8,695 nt of DNA from a virus (taxonomy: Duplodnaviria > Heunggongvirae > Uroviricota > Caudoviricetes), in the IMG/VR virus record IMGVR_UViG_2690316148_000010; one strand, 5' to 3'. The translations under genes and the position numbers were made by a program. Shown in pieces: positions 6,891 to 8,695 of the stretch; the first letter of the stretch is position 1, and each line of letters opens with the position of its first letter. Under the pieces are notes generated by a model, which searched no databases, was not told the origin of the DNA, and worked only from the letters and a program-made list of their open reading frames with translations.

Positions 6891-6910
6891 CAGGCCACCA
6901 TGGTGGCCTG
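6891..6910 (+). repeat. 20-bp perfect palindrome CAGGCCACCATGGTGGCCTG in the D-E intergenic region (potential RNA hairpin)
   Basis: Read directly: caggccacca (6891-6900) is the reverse complement of tggtggcctg (6901-6910). It lies 8 nt after the D stop and 30 nt before the E start; there is no strong downstream T-run. Confidence 0.6.
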
Positions 6911-6939
6911 ACTGATTTCTGAATGAAAGGAACTGATTT

Positions 6940-7968
6940 ATGGGATTGTTTACGACCCGCCAGTTACTCGGTTATACCGAACAAAAAGTTAAATTTCGTG
7001 CGCTGTTTCTGGAACTGTTTTTCCGCCGTACGGTGAATTTCCACACCGAAGAGGTGATGCTGGACAAAATTACCGGAAAAACGCCGGTGGCGGCCTATGT
7101 CTCCCCGGTCGTTGAAGGAAAAGTGCTGCGTCATCGTGGGGGTGAAACCCGCGTGTTACGTCCGGGCTACGTCAAGCCGAAACACGAATTTAATTACCAG
7201 CAGGCGGTTGAACGCCTTCCCGGTGAAGATCCGGCTCAGCTGAACGACCCGGCCTACCGTCGTCTGCGTATCATCACTGATAACCTCAAACAGGAAGAGC
7301 ACGCTATTGTGCAGGTGGAAGAAATGCAGGCGGTGAATGCCGTGCTGTATGGCAAATATACGATGGAAGGAGACCAGTTCGAGAAAATTGAAGTCGATTT
7401 TGGCCGATCGACGAAGAATAACATCATACAGGGTAGCGGTAAGGAGTGGTCAAAACAGGATCGTGACACGTTCGACCCGACATATGATATCGACCTTTTC
7501 TGTGATCAGGCCAGTGGTCTTGTGAATATTGCCATTATGGACGGTACCGTCTGGCGTCTGCTGAATGGCTTTAAGCTTTTCCGCGAAAAACTGGATACCC
7601 GTCGCGGTTCAAATTCACAACTCGAAACGGCAGTGAAAGATCTGGGCGCAGTGGTATCCTTCAAGGGGTATTACGGCGATCTGGCTATTGTGGTAGCGAA
7701 AACGTCTTATGTGGCAGAGGACGGTACCGAAAAACGTTATCTGCCGGAGGGCACGCTGGTGCTGGGGAATACGGCGGCAGAGGGGATTCGTTGCTATGGA
7801 GCCATTAAGGATGCACAGGCGTTGTCTGAAGGAGTGGTGGCTTCTTCCCGTTACCCGAAACACTGGCTGACCGTGGGCGATCCGTCCTGTGAATTCACCA
7901 TGACGCAGTCCGCGCCGCTGATGGTGCTGCCGGATCCGGATGAGTTTGTGGTGGTACAGGTGAAATAA
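6940..7968 (+). CDS. E: Major capsid protein (lambda gpE homologue), 342 aa
   Basis: Co-linear similarity to lambda gpE: YVSPVVEGKVLRHRGG, PGYVKPKHE, DPAYRRLRII, EEHAIVQVEEMQAVNAVLYGKYTMEGD, KLDTRRGSNSQLETAVKDLG, YGDLAIVV, FLPEGTLVLGNT, FTMTQSAPLMVLPDPDEFV. ATG at 6940 with an aaagga Shine-Dalgarno; stop TAA at 7966-7968. Confidence 0.95.
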   Translation: MGLFTTRQLLGYTEQKVKFRALFLELFFRRTVNFHTEEVMLDKITGKTPVAAYVSPVVEGKVLRHRGGETRVLRPGYVKPKHEFNYQQAVERLPGEDPAQLNDPAYRRLRIITDNLKQEEHAIVQVEEMQAVNAVLYGKYTMEGDQFEKIEVDFGRSTKNNIIQGSGKEWSKQDRDTFDPTYDIDLFCDQASGLVNIAIMDGTVWRLLNGFKLFREKLDTRRGSNSQLETAVKDLGAVVSFKGYYGDLAIVVAKTSYVAEDGTEKRYLPEGTLVLGNTAAEGIRCYGAIKDAQALSEGVVASSRYPKHWLTVGDPSCEFTMTQSAPLMVLPDPDEFVVVQVK

Positions 7969-7976
7969 TCCGTGAG

Positions 7977-8004
7977 CGGGGGCGAAATGCCCCCGTGTTT
8001 TTTT
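7977..8004 (+). terminator. Intrinsic-terminator-like hairpin immediately downstream of E (likely partial terminator or RNA-stability element)
   Basis: Stem cgggggc (7977-7983), loop gaaat (7984-7988), stem gcccccg (7989-7995): a 7-bp GC-rich perfect stem, followed by tgttttttt (7996-8004). Sits between the E stop (7968) and the FI start (8020). Confidence 0.5.
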
Positions 8005-8019
8005 CACAGGGAGCTGGAT

Positions 8020-8388
8020 ATGGCAACAAAAGAAGAAAATCAGAAACGTCTTCGTGAACTGGCTGGTCTGCTGGGGCGCGAGGCGGATATGTCGGGGAGT
8101 GCTGCGGATATCGCACAGCGTGTGGCAGAGTGGGAAGAGGAGGTTTGCGCCTCGGAAAATGAAATCGCAGATGTTGATGATACCGTTCATGAGCAGGCAT
8201 GCAGGCACACCGGTGAGGATGACGTTGGTATTCTGGAACGTATCAGGCTTCTGAAGTGTTTTTACCTGTGCGGTGTTGACGATGAAACAGGTGAGCCTGT
8301 TGAGCATGTTGATGCTGGCAGAGTAATTCTGATGCCCCCCTCAGTGGCAAAAGACATGGTCAGGAGCGGAATGGCCGTTTATGCATGA
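8020..8388 (+). CDS. FI: DNA-packaging / head-assembly accessory protein (lambda gpFI-like), acidic, 122 aa
   Basis: Position between E and FII matches lambda. N-terminus MATKEENQKRLRELAGLLGRE loosely parallels lambda FI (MTKDELIARLRSLGEQLNRD). Start set at ATG 8020 with an upstream gggag Shine-Dalgarno rather than the track's GTG at 7972, which would read through the terminator-like hairpin. Stop TGA at 8386-8388. Confidence 0.7.
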   Translation: MATKEENQKRLRELAGLLGREADMSGSAADIAQRVAEWEEEVCASENEIADVDDTVHEQACRHTGEDDVGILERIRLLKCFYLCGVDDETGEPVEHVDAGRVILMPPSVAKDMVRSGMAVYA

Positions 8389-8695
8389 TTTTGAGAATTC
8401 CTTTGATGCTGCCCTTGCCGGGGTGGACAGAACGATTGTTGAAGTGATGGGGCTCTGTGCGCAGTTCACCTCGGGGGCACAGTGTGGCAGCGAAGTTCAG
8501 GGGGTTTTTGACGATCCGGAGTCGCTGGGGTTTGCCGGTAGCGGGGTCCGTATTGAAGGAAGCAGCCCGTCATTATTTGTGCGGACGGATACGGTTCGTG
8601 CCGTGCGGCGTGGTGACACGCTGACCATTAATGGTGAGACATTCTGGGTGGATCGTGTTTCTCTGTCAACGCCACGATGTTTGACCGTTATTTGC
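8381..8695 (+). CDS. FII: Head-tail joining protein (lambda gpFII homologue), 3'-truncated by the window end
   Basis: My own translation from ATG 8381: MHDFENSFDAALAGVDRTIVEVMG...VQGVFDDPESLGFAGSGVRIEGSSPSLFVRTDTVRAVRRGDTLTINGETFWVDRVS..., closely paralleling lambda gpFII (MADFDNLFDAAIARADETIRGYMG...GVFDDPENISYAGQGVRVEGSSPSLFVRTDEVRQLRRGDTLTIGEENFWVDRVS). No stop before the window end, so it is absent from the ORF track; overlaps the FI stop (ATGCATGA). Confidence 0.85.
   Translation, partial: MHDFENSFDAALAGVDRTIVEVMGLCAQFTSGAQCGSEVQGVFDDPESLGFAGSGVRIEGSSPSLFVRTDTVRAVRRGDTLTINGETFWVDRVSLSTPRCLTVIC

Noticed and set aside
7972-8019. GTG at 7972 as the FI start (ORF-track boundary)
   Set aside because: It would translate through the GC hairpin and U-tract; the ATG at 8020 has a Shine-Dalgarno and gives an N-terminus matching lambda FI.
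7615-8307. 230-aa minus-strand ORF spanning the end of E and FI (and the 101-aa ORF at 7895-8200)
   Set aside because: Antisense to E and FI, Cys/His/Arg-rich junk-like translation; it would also read through the terminator-like hairpin in the wrong orientation.
1-8695. Searched for CRISPR arrays, tRNA/ncRNA genes, integrase or attachment sites, programmed frameshift sites and defence-system-like genes
   Set aside because: None seen. No spacer-repeat periodicity and no tRNA-like structure noticed; every large ORF is accounted for by the canonical lambdoid head module. The known lambdoid frameshift (G/G-T) lies in the tail genes outside this window.

Overview
This window is the left-arm head-morphogenesis and DNA-packaging module of a lambda-like (lambdoid) enterobacterial phage or prophage, and I see no novel defence or accessory system in it. 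A cos site with a lambda-identical 12-nt cosN (610-621) is followed on the + strand by a co-linear, tightly overlapping late operon: terminase small subunit (Nu1-like), terminase large subunit (gpA-like), head-tail connector gpW, portal gpB, head protease/scaffold gpC with a nested in-frame Nu3-like scaffold ORF, decoration protein gpD, major capsid gpE, gpFI and a 3'-truncated gpFII. Calls rest on the supplied translations compared with lambda proteins as I recall them; no database search was run. Upstream of cos, on the opposite strand, lies one small moron-like ORF with a ribbon-helix-helix-like motif inside an AT-rich segment. Two N-runs (648-726, 803-822) hide the expected cosB region and the start of the small terminase gene. 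The points most worth follow-up are the triplicated ~40-aa module in the gpC/Nu3 scaffold region, a terminator-like hairpin after the capsid gene, a Nu1 DNA-binding N-terminus that looks diverged from lambda despite the lambda-type cosN, and the small RHH gene next to cos.
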